DNA of 59,664 nucleotides, the filler included, from Gonapodya sp. JEL0774 (taxonomy: Eukaryota), in the NCBI GenBank assembly GCA_027604505.1. It is 10 parts of 10 records of this genome, joined end to end, with 100 filler letters (N's around TTAATTAATTAA, not from the genome) between each part and the next. Parts side by side here need not be neighbours in the genome. Positions count along the whole stretch, not along the records: positions 24,022 to 29,918 come from JADIIX010000655.1; positions 30,019 to 35,868 come from JADIIX010000657.1; 8 more parts are not named here. One strand, written 5' to 3'. Position 1 is the stretch's first letter, and each line of letters begins with the position of its first letter. The notes under the pieces were generated by a model that saw only the letters and a program-made list of their open reading frames with translations, was not told the DNA's origin and searched no databases. Below are positions 24,137-35,071 of this stretch, piece after piece. Both the position numbers and the translations under genes were made by a program.

Positions 24137-25872
24137 TATATAGGCACAGAGTTTGCACACATTTTGGACCACCATGCATTGATTGGTGCCTTCATTGCGG
24201 TCAGACTCAGGCAAAACACAAAACTTGTCCAAATTTTGTTGATGATGGGCTTGGTGTGCTTTTGTGGTGCATTGACTGTGGTGTGCGAAGGCAAGAACAC
24301 CCTAGCGGGGCAAACTTAGACAATGGGGCACCCAACAGGCCAACAATGGGTTTCAGTCGGCTTGCACATGGTGGACTTGACATAAATGATCCTGAGACAA
24401 GACGGCTGCGAGTACCAAAGGGCCGTAGAGCAATCCCAGACAATCACCCGCACACATTGGTGAATTTAGAGCCAGCTGCGAGCGCCATACTAGCAGAGAG
24501 GGCACCTGAGGCTCATGTGATGCAGTTGACTGAGCAAGATTTGGGAGTGTTAGGTGGTTTGAGTTTGTTTGAGAATACTGAAGCAGCTCCGGGACACACT
24601 GCTGGTTCCTGTGTGGTTGGTGCAACACATGGCGCTGACAGACAAGAAAACACTGCAGTAACTGAGAGCAGCTCTGACTCTGAGCTGGAAAAGGAAGACC
24701 AAGTCATTGTAAAACGGGGCAGGGGACTGGGACGTGGACGTGCATCGTTCATACGAGGACTTCCTGCTGGCACCCACGAGGAGACAGCAATAAGTCAATG
24801 CATGAAACATCCCAGTTCCTTCCTAGAGAGTTACAAGTCGGTGGTGGAGATGAGCAGAACGGGGTGGACTCCAACACTTTCCCAGAACTCGGAGTGTCCT
24901 ATGCTGTTACTCCTGAGACTATGGACCTCAGAGGGATTACTCCAGGCAGGAGGGATGAAGGAGGTGATCACAATTCATTGTGTTCAGTCCCAGAGCTGTC
25001 GGTGACTGTGTCTCAGTCACGAGGACGGGGGCGAGGCAGGGGTAGAGGTCGTGGCACTGGGAGGAGTAGAGGCAAATCATTGGGACGAGGAGGCAGAGAT
25101 GACAAGACAAATGCAATTCTATCCCAGAAATTGGCCCTGCCTGGTGACCATGAGTTGGAATTCGACAACGAAGGAGATCCGATCAATGCAGGCCAGACAA
25201 GCCGAGGCCCAGATACAGGAACACCTCTTGATATGAATATCCCAATGGATGGGCTACTTGAGATTGAAGATGAGCAGAGGTACAATGAGGTCATGGAAGC
25301 TCTTCTGGTGAAACGGATTATCGCGTACTGGATGACGAGTCCAGTGCACTTCAGAGTGAGCGGAAGTTTTTACGTTCATGATTTGTGGACCATGAACTCA
25401 TTCTGCATGAAATTCGTAGGGAGCAGATCCAAAATACCACTATGCATGTGGTGTATTCAATCCCAAATCCGAATGTGTTCAAGATGGTTACGTTCCAAAA
25501 AACGCAGCAGTCACCTCTCCTCTGGGGTTTCAAATCATAAACGACTACGTCCAGAAGAAATCTATCGTGGAAAGTCTGCCATTCTATACCAGGGGACGTA
25601 AAACCGCTCATGTTGAGTCTACGAATAACGTATACACGATTTACGCTCTGAAAAGATTGGCATTCAAGTATTACCAATACCGCATCTGGCTGGCAGTTTT
25701 ACACTGGAATGAAAACGTCGGACGGGAACGTAGATTTGTTCAAAAGCCTCGGAACTTGGAGGTGGAGAACAGAGTTAGGGGGAAGCGATTCAACCTTGTG
25801 TCCCAGACCTTCGAGTTCCGGAAGCAAATTATGCGTGATGTTCTGGGATTAGATGTTTACAAAGATCTATAG
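24137..25872 (+). pseudogene. Kolobok/Mutator-like DDE transposase C-terminal region, preceded by zinc-finger and RG-rich segments (frameshift ~24790, intron ~25356-25419)
   Basis: Spliced YWMTSPVHFRGADPKYHYAC, then RKTAHVESTNNVYTIYALKRLAF...RIWLAVLHWNENVGR, matching T..ES..N...Y..KR..F...R..LA.LH.NEN around the catalytic Glu. Confidence 0.72.
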
Positions 25873-25957
25873 ATTAGATAATACGAGCTACAAATCTTCT
25901 CCATCATCTCCACCTGTGCAGTCCGTTTGATGATTTTGTAACGTGATTGCAACACAG

Positions 25958-26698
25958 TCAGCCAGGCATGTGAGAAGACAAAACCAAAAATCCTGACTCA
26001 CCAATAGTGATACTTCGTAGTATTGCAGCCTGCTGGGTCGGACTGTAAGGACGGAGGATGTCCTGAATCCGCTCCCGGACAGTGTCATGATCGTCCTCGT
26101 CCCACGCGCCACCTTCTCCAGCACCACCACCGCCACCAAATTCGTCATCCGTGGAACTCCCACTATTGCCTGCAGAGCGCGCCGCTTCATGACTGCTGAT
26201 GGACCTTCCTTCTGCACTGCTTGTGGCTCCTGACGAGTCACCGTCTGAACTACCTGAAGTTCCCGAAAACCCCTCCCCATCATCAGTACCTACATCCGAC
26301 GGTTCCTCCACCTCAATATCGCCATCTTCACTCTCTTCGTCGCCACCATGGTATCCAGTGTAATCCACTCCTTGTAAATTTGGATACCGGATCCGAATCG
26401 CTCGTACGAGAAGCTCCGGGAGGCGAATCCTGTTCCCCTTCCCTCTCACTTCATAGAATTCCGTTGCAATGTACCAATAGAGATATTTGCGCTTTGCACG
26501 ATTCGATTGCTGTGCCCAAACGGTCGGAACGAGACCAAGGACGGTTTGAATGACATCCCGTTTCCGCATGATAGGATTGTGAGGCATGTGTCGACCACCG
26601 CCACCATGATACATATCTGGAGTATGCTTCCATTCCTTCAGTACCACAAAGGCGAGACGCGCGCGTTCCCTCTGATTGTCCACGAGAACATCCCCCAT
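25958..26698 (-). CDS. KolX-like protein (P2X7 receptor C-terminal ballast-like domain) with acidic tail
   Basis: SNRAKRKYLYWYIATEFYEVRGKGNRIRLPELLVRAIRIRYPNLQGVDYTGY fits N+..R..Y...G.GNR..LP..V..IR..P...Y.G[FY]. A frameshift near 26695 probably links it to upstream Cys-containing sequence. Confidence 0.75.
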   Translation of the reverse strand: MGDVLVDNQRERARLAFVVLKEWKHTPDMYHGGGGRHMPHNPIMRKRDVIQTVLGLVPTVWAQQSNRAKRKYLYWYIATEFYEVRGKGNRIRLPELLVRAIRIRYPNLQGVDYTGYHGGDEESEDGDIEVEEPSDVGTDDGEGFSGTSGSSDGDSSGATSSAEGRSISSHEAARSAGNSGSSTDDEFGGGGGAGEGGAWDEDDHDTVRERIQDILRPYSPTQQAAILRSITIGESGFLVLSSHMPG

Positions 26699-27149
26699 TC
26701 TGCAACCCCGATACAGTTGTCACGAAGATCCCTCTCAATGACAGATTCGACTCGAGGAATTGGTGATTGGACTGAATAGGGAGGATTTTAAGCGGTCGGG
26801 GTGGGCGGAAAAATTGCCTTTTCTGGCGACTGTACGTGGAGGGAGGGGGGTACGCTCGTGCACCCGGGGTTTAACATCGATTTGTGATACTGTGGTGTAT
26901 CGATCAACTCATTGGGCCACGCATGATCGGATGAGCGTCGCATGGATTGGCACCCAACTTTTCGAATACGGCAGTAGCATGTCGCGCACAATTTCTTTGC
27001 GAAATGTATAAATTGCATGTTACCGGTTTCACCGTTAAGAAATGAGTTGATACGAGTCAAAATCGGGTCGCAATGTGTGATTTGATCTGATCCTGTGGAC
27101 CAGGGTTTTGCGAATACTCCGACCAGCTTTTTGCTGACTCTCATACGGG

Positions 27150-28266
27150 TTGTGCTTCCCGCGTTATACCGATTATAATTGATAAAGTATTGGGTATTAT
27201 TATAGCATTTGCGCTATTACAGGTTTTGGTAGACGTACTCTGTTTTTGTAGTACCATCTACTTACTTCGAACCCGACTCTTTAGAGTTTCGGTTAATGTT
27301 ATCCCAGCTAGTCCGGCATTTTGCCGCGCTGTGTCCACCCTTGCCGCATCGCTCGCAAGTTTCGGTGGCGCGTGTCTCCCTATCACGCGGTTGAGCCCGG
27401 TTGGCAGAGCTTGACCGGCCATTTGGTTTGTTGGCGCGCCAAGTCCCTTGACCATTATGACTCTTGTACGGCGTGAAGCGTTTCGCAGAGCCGCTGTCAC
27501 GGTCTTGTGACGAGTCAGAGCGTTGGCGTTTTTTGCCGTTGCCATTCGCCTTGTTGTCCGCCCCTTTTGACCTTGCATTATGCATTGGCGTATCGGGTTT
27601 AGGAACAATTGATGGGGCGAAGATGTTCTATTATGATGATCACGGGAGTGAAGAGTTTCTTTCTCTTCTCTGCCTGTGAATAACAAGAACAACGCCTTAT
27701 GGGATTTACAATTCGATTTCGAATTTGTATAGTTCTTTCGAACTTTGGTTCGGTGTTTTGAGTCCGTTTTTGTGACGGAGTCGTGATACACCACTCGGCG
27801 ATTAAACGATTTTACGAGTTTGAGCGAGTCGATCGCTTGGATATAGTTTTAAAACTATTATATATATCGATGATGGCTATTTGCCGTCGCTTTTTGCGAT
27901 GGAAAGTCAGTGCTTTGCTGACTTCCGTCGTTTTGACGTTTTTGGTGACTTGAGTGATCGCAACGTCTTCGGACGGTCTACGATCCTCGATGGGGGTTCG
28001 TTTTGATACGAAAACGTCTTCTGACGTTGGGTTTTGCTTTACACTATTGTGTATGAGTCTTTGACAGCTTTTTGCTGCTTTTTGCGACTCTTTTTGGTGG
28101 TGTCTCTGGATCGAGAACACGGTCGTCCCCCCAAACTGTAGTGGGGCTGTCACTACGTATCGATCTCAGCCCTCTATGATGGGATGGTGGCCTAGTGATG
28201 GACCTGGAGTGTGAGATGATGTGCAGTGTGTTCTTATTATGTGGTGCTAGTTGTGCCTCATATACA
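27150..28266 (-). mobile_element. LTR retrotransposon remnant (candidate LTR end, PBS, leader, gag C-terminus)
   Basis: Minus strand reads ...CACTACA-GTT-TGGGGGGACGACCG (LTR end at 28137, PBS-like 28116-28133), then a CCHC zinc-knuckle ORF. No pol visible. Confidence 0.55.
27262..27585 (-). pseudogene. Gag-like C-terminal fragment with CCHC zinc knuckle
   Basis: CERCGKGGHSAAKC (C-x2-C-x4-H-x4-C) after a basic low-complexity region. Confidence 0.7.
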
Positions 28267-28280
28267 TGTGTAGGCTGTGG

Positions 28281-29010
28281 TCATGTGCAAGGTGTCAATA
28301 CCACAACAGTTTGATCATAAATCAAATAAAGATCAACATAGTCCGGGAAATCATCTGTATTCAACCTTTCCAACACGAAATATACTTTTCCGACAATCAA
28401 TGTCTGTGATAATGGAGTTCGCAATTGCAGAGAATATCCAAAAATGTTTGTAAATGTTGTTGGAAATGGAGGACCATCCACGTACGTGGGTGAAATATTG
28501 AATGATCCAGCGTAAAAACATGGTATTATGTTTCCGACGGTAGGATGTTAACTGAAGGCGGCACGGAAGGCTCGGGACATATTTGGTAGTGTACCCTAGA
28601 CGGTCTTCGGGTAAAGACGACCGACGATATTGTCTCAGATGACCTCGAGAGGGAGGTCAATAAGAGGAAAGGGGGGTTCTCCGGGCGATGGTCTTACGGG
28701 CAGTCCTCCGAGGAAGTTTCTGTTGGTGGCGGGGTCACGGCTATCGCATACCGAGTCCCAAACGTATCCACTATGATGTCCCCTAACAGAGCCCTTTTCG
28801 ACAACGTCGTCCCTAAAGAATCGCTGTATTCCCTTTCGCTGCGGTGGTGGTGGTGGTGGTGGCGGAAGAACTGTCGTACAGACCTGAAAAACAAGCGTAA
28901 CCCTTTTTACTGGCGTTCGGGTCGGCACCCTCTGCGAGCACCTTTCGGACGAGTGCAGGACTGTTGGCCTCGACAGCAGCGATCAAGTCGCAGTCTTTGT
29001 GCGATTCCAT
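28281..29010 (-). pseudogene. Ankyrin-like N-terminus plus F-box-like motif, disrupted
   Basis: LIAAVEANSPALVRKVLAEGADPNASK/RVTL with a +1 frameshift in the A-run at 28904-28908, then LIDLPLEVI*DNIVGRLYPKTV*GTLPNMSRAFR with stops at 28635-28637 and 28596-28598. Confidence 0.65.
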
Positions 29011-29290
29011 CGTGTTTTTGGTGTGGCCTGTTGAATATTCATCCAGACATTCAACCGCCCTTAATTAGAGCGAAGCTGCGAAACAATACCAGCGAAACAT
29101 TAGATACTTATAAATGCAGTCTTTACACTTTGTAACTTGTCTACATCTCTTTCGATCTTTCCCATAAAGTTTTACGGGACATTGGTCTAATCACAAAACA
29201 TGGCCAGCTGCGGTCGACAAAGAGAAGGCACTCCACCAAACGATGAGGAAACTACTATCATGACCTAACCCTTTCGATTGACTTGGAATG

Positions 29291-29918
29291 CTAAACATAA
29301 ACAGATATATTGCTGTTCGTTGGACCTTCGAGTATCTCCCGAATGGCCTTTGCTCCGTCGTCTCCGATTTCGTTCCCTGCACAATCGACCATGACACCGA
29401 GTCACATGCCACAAAAGTCGGCTGATTCAACTCACCGGAGAGATCCAAATAAGTGAGGCTGGTCAGGCCCTTGATCCCTTCACCAAGGGCCTTTGCTCCG
29501 TCGTCTCCGATTCCGTTCCCTGCACAATCGACCATGACACCAAGTCACATGCCACAAAAGTTGGCTGCTTCAACTCACCGGAGAGATTCAAAGTAGTGAG
29601 GCTGGTCAGGCCCTTGAGCCCTTCACCAAGGGCCTTTGCTCCGTCGTCTCCGATTCCGTTCCCTGCACAATAGACCATGACACCAAGTCGCATGCCATAA
29701 AAGTCGGCTGATTCAACTCACTAGAGAGATGCAAACGTGTGAGGCTGGTCAGGCCCTTGAGCCCTTCACCAAGGGCCTTTGCTCCGTCGTCTCCGATTCC
29801 GTTCCCTGCACAATAGACCATGACACCGAGTCACATGCCATAAAAGTCGGCTGATTCAACTCACTAGAGAGATCCAAAGTAGTGAGGCTGGTCAGGCCCT
29901 TGATCCCTTCACCAAGGG
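29291..29918 (-). CDS. RNI-like (NLRC3-type) leucine-rich-repeat protein, C-terminal exons; 5' part beyond the contig
   Basis: 84-nt exons 29436-29519, 29579-29662 and 29722-29805 each encode one 28-aa LRR (NGIGDDGAKALGEGLKGLTSLTxLxLS). Last exon NEIGDDGAKAIREILEGPTNSNISVYV*. Confidence 0.9.
29345..29918. repeat. 143-bp tandem repeat (84-bp exon + 59-bp intron), about 4 units, running off the contig end
   Basis: TCAGGCCCTTGA recurs at 29463, 29606, 29749 and 29892. Confidence 0.95.
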
Positions 29919-30018
29919 NNNNNNNNNNNNNNNNNNNNNNNNNNNNNNNNNNNNNNNNNNNNTTAATTAATTAANNNNNNNNNNNNNNNNNNNNNNNNNN
30001 NNNNNNNNNNNNNNNNNN
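29919..30018. other. Artificial contig spacer
   Basis: N44-TTAATTAATTAA-N44. Confidence 0.99.
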
Positions 30019-30570
30019 GTCACATCGATTAATCCGAACAGATTGGCATCATATACAGTTTTCATTTGGGATATTGGGATATCGAGTAGAGCTCCGGCAT
30101 TGTGAATTCCAGCGTTGTTGACCTTTCACAGAATCACAGTCAGAATGTCCCGAAATGTGTGCGAAACTGCTACTCCTCGATCATCGCGCGAATGGATGGA
30201 CAAAGTCGATGCCACTAGCGACTACTAACCAATACATCAATTCGTCCGTCCGTCTTTATTATCTGCTCCACAGCTGTTTCGACATTTTCGTGGCTCGTGA
30301 CGTCCAGGGCGATCTTCTTCACAGCCGGGGAGCCATCCACGTCCGCAATTCTTGCCACATCCCGAGCGCTGGCATAAACAATGTGACCACGACGGGCAAA
30401 CTCAATAGCAAGAGCGTGACCGATTCCACCTGCGGTTGAAACTTGTGATGGGCTACGAACTGCGCGATTCCTCACAAGTGATATTTGGAGTCGAACACAA
30501 ACCTGTCGAGCAACCAGTTATGAGCACCACAAGGATGGTAGGCGAAGGTAGTCCAAAGGAGAGAACAACT
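30019..30570 (-). CDS. Short-chain dehydrogenase/reductase (Ayr1-like), 3' truncated; start uncertain
   Basis: VVLITGCST|GGIGHALAIEFARRGHIVYASAR...LDVT...GRIDVLV|NNAG...NLFG. Confidence 0.88.
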
Positions 30571-30671
30571 TCGATTTATAAGCTGTTTCTGGATTCCCAG
30601 TTACCGCAACTGAGGTCAGGTTCACTCTGGCCAAAAGTAGAAGCCGCCATAACCAAACATCACTTTGAACA

Positions 30672-31348
30672 ATGGGTCGAAAATCGGTGAGCGCTCATTT
30701 CCTGCCTTTGGGGAAATGGCGTGGATTGTTGCTCGTCTCCTCACATCAAGGTGTTTGTGGTGATTCTCTGCCCAGCAAGTCTACATCGACGGTGTCCGCC
30801 AAGTTGGCGCTTGTGTGGTCGTCAATTCAACGACACGACAGGTGATGGTACTTTCTAGCCGAAAGCACCCCGATCGATGGATTCTTCCCAAGGTGATTTG
30901 ACCCAGCGCGATGGGTACGTGCGAGTGAAGTGCTCCATCATCGTTGGGCTTGTGTTATCACCAGGGCGGTTGGGAATCCGACGAGCCCTCTCTCCTCGCC
31001 TGTGCTATCCGAGAGACTTGGGAGGAGTCAGGGGTGCGCGGTTCCGTACGTTCCCAAGTTCCTTTGGGAGAATGGACTCACGGGGATGGGAAAGAACGGG
31101 AGAAGGTCGCGGCGTTCGAGATGGAATTCGGAGAAGAGTCTTCGAACTGGCCGGAAGCACATGAGAGGACCAGGAAATGGGTGAGTCGTGCTTGGGAGCT
31201 GTCGGACTACGGTCATGGGGAAAACAGATGGTGTTTTAATCGTTGCGTTCTCAAGGTTTCATATGACGAGGCACTCACACTCCTCACTCATCGTGCATGG
31301 ATGAAGGAAGCTCTTCTACGGAGCTCTCTGGCTAGGATTACCGAATAG
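30672..31348 (+). CDS. DDP1: Nudix diphosphoinositol-polyphosphate phosphohydrolase (DDP1/Aps1/NUDT3 family)
   Basis: RQVGACV...SSRKHPDRWILPKGGWESDE...AIRETWEESGVRG...WPEAHERTRKW, over 4 exons. Confidence 0.88.
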
Positions 31349-32225
31349 CAGTACCGGCGTGAGTTCGTATTCCCTTGCACACCTGTGGCGGAATGAAGAC
31401 ATGGCCGTGATATTCAGCTGAAACATTTGAGAGAAGACGTAGGATGCGATAGAGTAGAGGAGAAGGTCTGCCATATGTGGTAGAGTTTCTAGGAACGGGG
31501 ATTAGTGGTGATATACGTTACGTCTGGCAAGGGCCCAATACCCCGAGCTGTGAGCGTTGGGTCGCACTGATGAATTACTCTTTTACATTCTCTGGGACTC
31601 GACCCATCCAAGCTCACGTGTTTGCACGATCCAACCACATCTTTTGCGTGGATCATATTTACCCCGATTAAAATGGACTATATCATGCATGATTCATGGC
31701 ACTCAAGCAGTTCATTCTCTGAGCAAATCTTTGAGATACGCGTATTGAAATGATCTGCGCGGGTTAAATTTTCAGAGTGATAGGGGGTTGATTTGGGTAT
31801 GCGTTCATCAGGTATTTCAAAGCCGGGAATAGATATTCCTCAAGTGGGACCAAAGAATACGATATATTATTGAGAGGTTGAAGGGAGTAGATACACAATA
31901 TCTCTACAATCGAGAATCCGCTAGAGACCACCCCCGCGTGATATCTTACATATATGGCGAAGGTACTGCAAGTGCTTCCGGATCATTTACTTCACTTCAT
32001 ACTTTAAATGGCAAAGTCACATTCACCACCGTTGGAGAAGCCGGTGGTTCAAGGAAACGGGGGATAGTGTCTGTGATGATATTCACGCCGGCGATCGGCG
32101 CGTTTACCCGGTGTGGTGGGGGACACGATACTCCTCTCACAACGGCAACATTTAGGTTGCTGTCAGGGTGAGAGGTGTTTTTTGAGTTCGACCATGAGTT
32201 TCGCCGGAGCGCTGCCAGGCTTTCT

Positions 32226-32855
32226 CTATCGGGACGGTTGGGTGGGATTCGCTCGACCAAAGGAGGAAGGGGAGGAAGGGGAGGAAGGTCCGCCATACGC
32301 AACCGAGTTTGCAAATGAGATTTGGGCGGATGTACACTCGCATCTACAAATCACTGTTAGACACGGTGCGACGGAATACCTGGATATGGGATGCAAGGCT
32401 GGGAGGAGCTCACTGGGATCACCATCGAACATCCACAACGACATTCCACCTCCTGCAGCTGCGTCCATCTTTGCCAGCGTTTCAGCGGTGTCATTTACAC
32501 CAACTGACGCCATTGCATCTGCACCTGCGAAGTAGTCCGTTCGGGTCCACTCTAATTCACCAAAGGAAGAGGTAGGAGAAGAGTCCCGAATGTCGAGTGG
32601 TTCAGCCATTGGGTCAACGTATGGAGTATTTCGTGGCTGAACCCAGCAAGTTCTTTGTCTGTGTCGGTTCATCACGTCTGGTGACAACGCCGGTTCGATT
32701 TCCCATATCATCGAGATTGAATTAAAGGCATGCTATGGGCGAGGCGATCTCCCAAAGAGACGGTCCTCCTTACCTTTCCTAGTGAAGAGCTTGTAACACA
32801 TTGGACACTGGAAGTTCCGCTCCCTTGTGCTCCGGCGGTCACTTGAGGCGTTCAT
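32226..32855 (-). CDS. Single zinc-finger (C2H2/C2HC-type) protein; 3' end uncertain, may extend to ~31997
   Basis: Splicing across an intron at ~32682-32773 gives RNFQCPMCYKLFTRK|DVMNRHRQRTC. Confidence 0.62.
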
Positions 32856-33805
32856 TGCAGAAGAGACTACTGAGGGCGGGCGAAATGCTAATCCTGCGAT
32901 TAGAGAGTGAGAGACAACTTCAAGTCAATAACGATAGTCTCATGCGTTGGCAGATTGGGGGGTTCCCACCTCAACTTCCGCCAAGGGACGCCAAATCCAC
33001 AGTGAAGGTATCGGCCGCTAGAGTAGAATCTTATCGAGGAACGTCCGACACCCACTCCACGTCGCAGTCGAAGTTCCAAAGCAAAAGGACGCTTATCGTA
33101 TCCCAATGATTAATGTGTTCCCGCTCGTGCTTCCCCCCAGATGTGGATAAAGTGCAGGCAGATCGGATCCCTCTTATTGACTCATCCCTGACACTCATCC
33201 TCCTGCAGAGTGGTGCCTCTATGGTGGGGACAGCACCACAAGACGATAACAGACACTGAGATCGAGGCAGAAAACCACAAAAGATGCAGGAAATCGTTTT
33301 CAATCGCGCTATCCGTCAAGGCAGACAAAGTTTTGAGTCGGCCAAGGTTGTGCTGCCGAAGACACCTGAGCCGCTCGGCCCACCACTCAAAGACGTTCCG
33401 CCGCATATAATAATAGCTTTTTTTCTGTGCGTTTTCGGATTAATCTTGTGTTTGACCGATGCCGTAGGCCCTAGTTATGGCAGCCACTTTCGCCGTATAC
33501 TGGTTCGCTGAAATGGGCTGAAATCACATCGATCGCAATGACACTTTGCTTTTGCAGACTCAAGAACCACCAGACTTTCTTAACAGGACCTGCGTGCAGC
33601 TGGATGAAATACCGGCTTCTCTACTCCGATAAGTTGCATGAAAACAACTGCAATGTAATGAATATAGATCGCCTAGTTCCGGAAAGAATATTCATAGCTT
33701 CAGTGTAACATGCTATCTGATGGACCTCTCTAAGCTCTTAGCACCTCCCTAACCTCTTAGCACCGCGTCAGGTGAAACGTGCACCTGCGTATGACGTAGT
33801 CGTCA

Positions 33806-35071
33806 TCAGTTTCCGACAGCTGTCACAATACCTGCCGCGACCACCGGTTTCAACCTCACTGCAACCACCTCTATTTCTGCTTGTCCTTCTTCGCAGTACC
33901 ACCAACCGCCTTGCAAAGTCCTTTGTTTCCTATCTCTCCACCATTCCCCGAATTCGTCCACCGTGCAAGCCGCCAATCCCATGACATCCCCATCAATAAG
34001 CTCCCGAAATGTTCCGTACGTATCTCCATTGCGGACAGTTGAGGCGATCAGTGCGGTCGCTCCAGGGTTGAATCGCAACAGCGTGGATATCGTGGATACG
34101 AACGGCGTAACGAGAGAAGGGTCGAAAATTACATCGGTTGCAAGGATGAGATCAACATGAGAGAGTTGAGATGTGGGTAGAGGCGGGAGATCAATGTCTG
34201 ATGGATCGGCCTGCGGGTGATCACAGGTACGACAGTGTCGAGGTTCGCTCCAGTCCATCTCCATCACCTCGACACAAGGTGATCCACTTTCGTCGAACAT
34301 CCACTGATTGGAGCGCTTCGTGTTCAGCTCCACATTTCCTCGCAGCCATGATGTAACCCGGCCAGTGTCCGTGGCAACAACGTTTTGGGCACCCCAGTAG
34401 GAGCACGTGAGCGAGAGGAGGCCACATCCTGCTCCCAGTTCGAGAACACGGAGGCCAGATAGGTGGGGCAGGAGTGAGAATTTGCTGTCCTGCACAGGGT
34501 GATTATGCAAATGGGGGAGCCGGGCGCGGGTGGCAAGGTATTCTGCAAAAGCGAGCGCTGCAGTCCATGTGCGGAGACCCGTACTGCCATCACGAGTGAA
34601 GGCTAGGTCTTCGAGCAAAGTTATTGTCGGACGAATGGAAGAGTCTTCCAGGGTGGAAAGTGGGGGAAGCTCGTAGGAGCGGAAGCATGCCCCCTCGATG
34701 GGAGCCTGGGGAACGCCGTGTTTCTGAAGCCTTACAGGTTCCGCGCGAAACGACAAATCGCAGAATCGTTCCATAAGCTCCTCATCGATTTCATCGTCAT
34801 CTGTGTCTCCTCCTTCCCGCGCTCTCTCTTCCAGACTGTTGATGACCTCCTTCAAAACGTTCGCCGCGTACTGCTTTGGCGGTGGGTACGCCATCGAAAC
34901 TCCATTATCGATGACAAAACTCAGAAAATGTCTCTGGGAAGATACATCTGCTGCTCGATGGCGAAATATTCGGTACAGGTTTGCCGAGAAGTGTCGTACA
35001 GGAGCCAACTGCAGGTATCGTCGCCGGACGAGGGAAAAATCATCTTCAAAAACGGATGGAGAAGCAGTCAT
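33806..35071 (-). CDS. EFM3: eEF2 lysine methyltransferase (FAM86/EEF2KMT), intronless
   Basis: N-terminal RRRYLQL...YPPPKQYAANVLKEVI; GSTGLRTWTAA, VLELGAGCGL, DLILATDVIFDP, ASTVRN. Confidence 0.88.
   Translation of the reverse strand: MTASPSVFEDDFSLVRRRYLQLAPVRHFSANLYRIFRHRAADVSSQRHFLSFVIDNGVSMAYPPPKQYAANVLKEVINSLEERAREGGDTDDDEIDEELMERFCDLSFRAEPVRLQKHGVPQAPIEGACFRSYELPPLSTLEDSSIRPTITLLEDLAFTRDGSTGLRTWTAALAFAEYLATRARLPHLHNHPVQDSKFSLLPHLSGLRVLELGAGCGLLSLTCSYWGAQNVVATDTGRVTSWLRGNVELNTKRSNQWMFDESGSPCVEVMEMDWSEPRHCRTCDHPQADPSDIDLPPLPTSQLSHVDLILATDVIFDPSLVTPFVSTISTLLRFNPGATALIASTVRNGDTYGTFRELIDGDVMGLAACTVDEFGEWWRDRKQRTLQGGWWYCEEGQAEIEVVAVRLKPVVAAGIVTAVGN

Larger units (their letters stand above)
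24120..27010. mobile_element. Kolobok-like DNA transposon remnant (transposase convergent with a KolX-like ORF); termini not identified
   Basis: Transposase C-terminus on + and P2X7-ballast-like ORF on - in tail-to-tail arrangement. Confidence 0.7.

Noticed and set aside
29345..29918. 143-bp periodic array as a CRISPR-like repeat-spacer array
   Set aside because: There are no unique spacers; each unit is an LRR exon plus a GT-AG intron.
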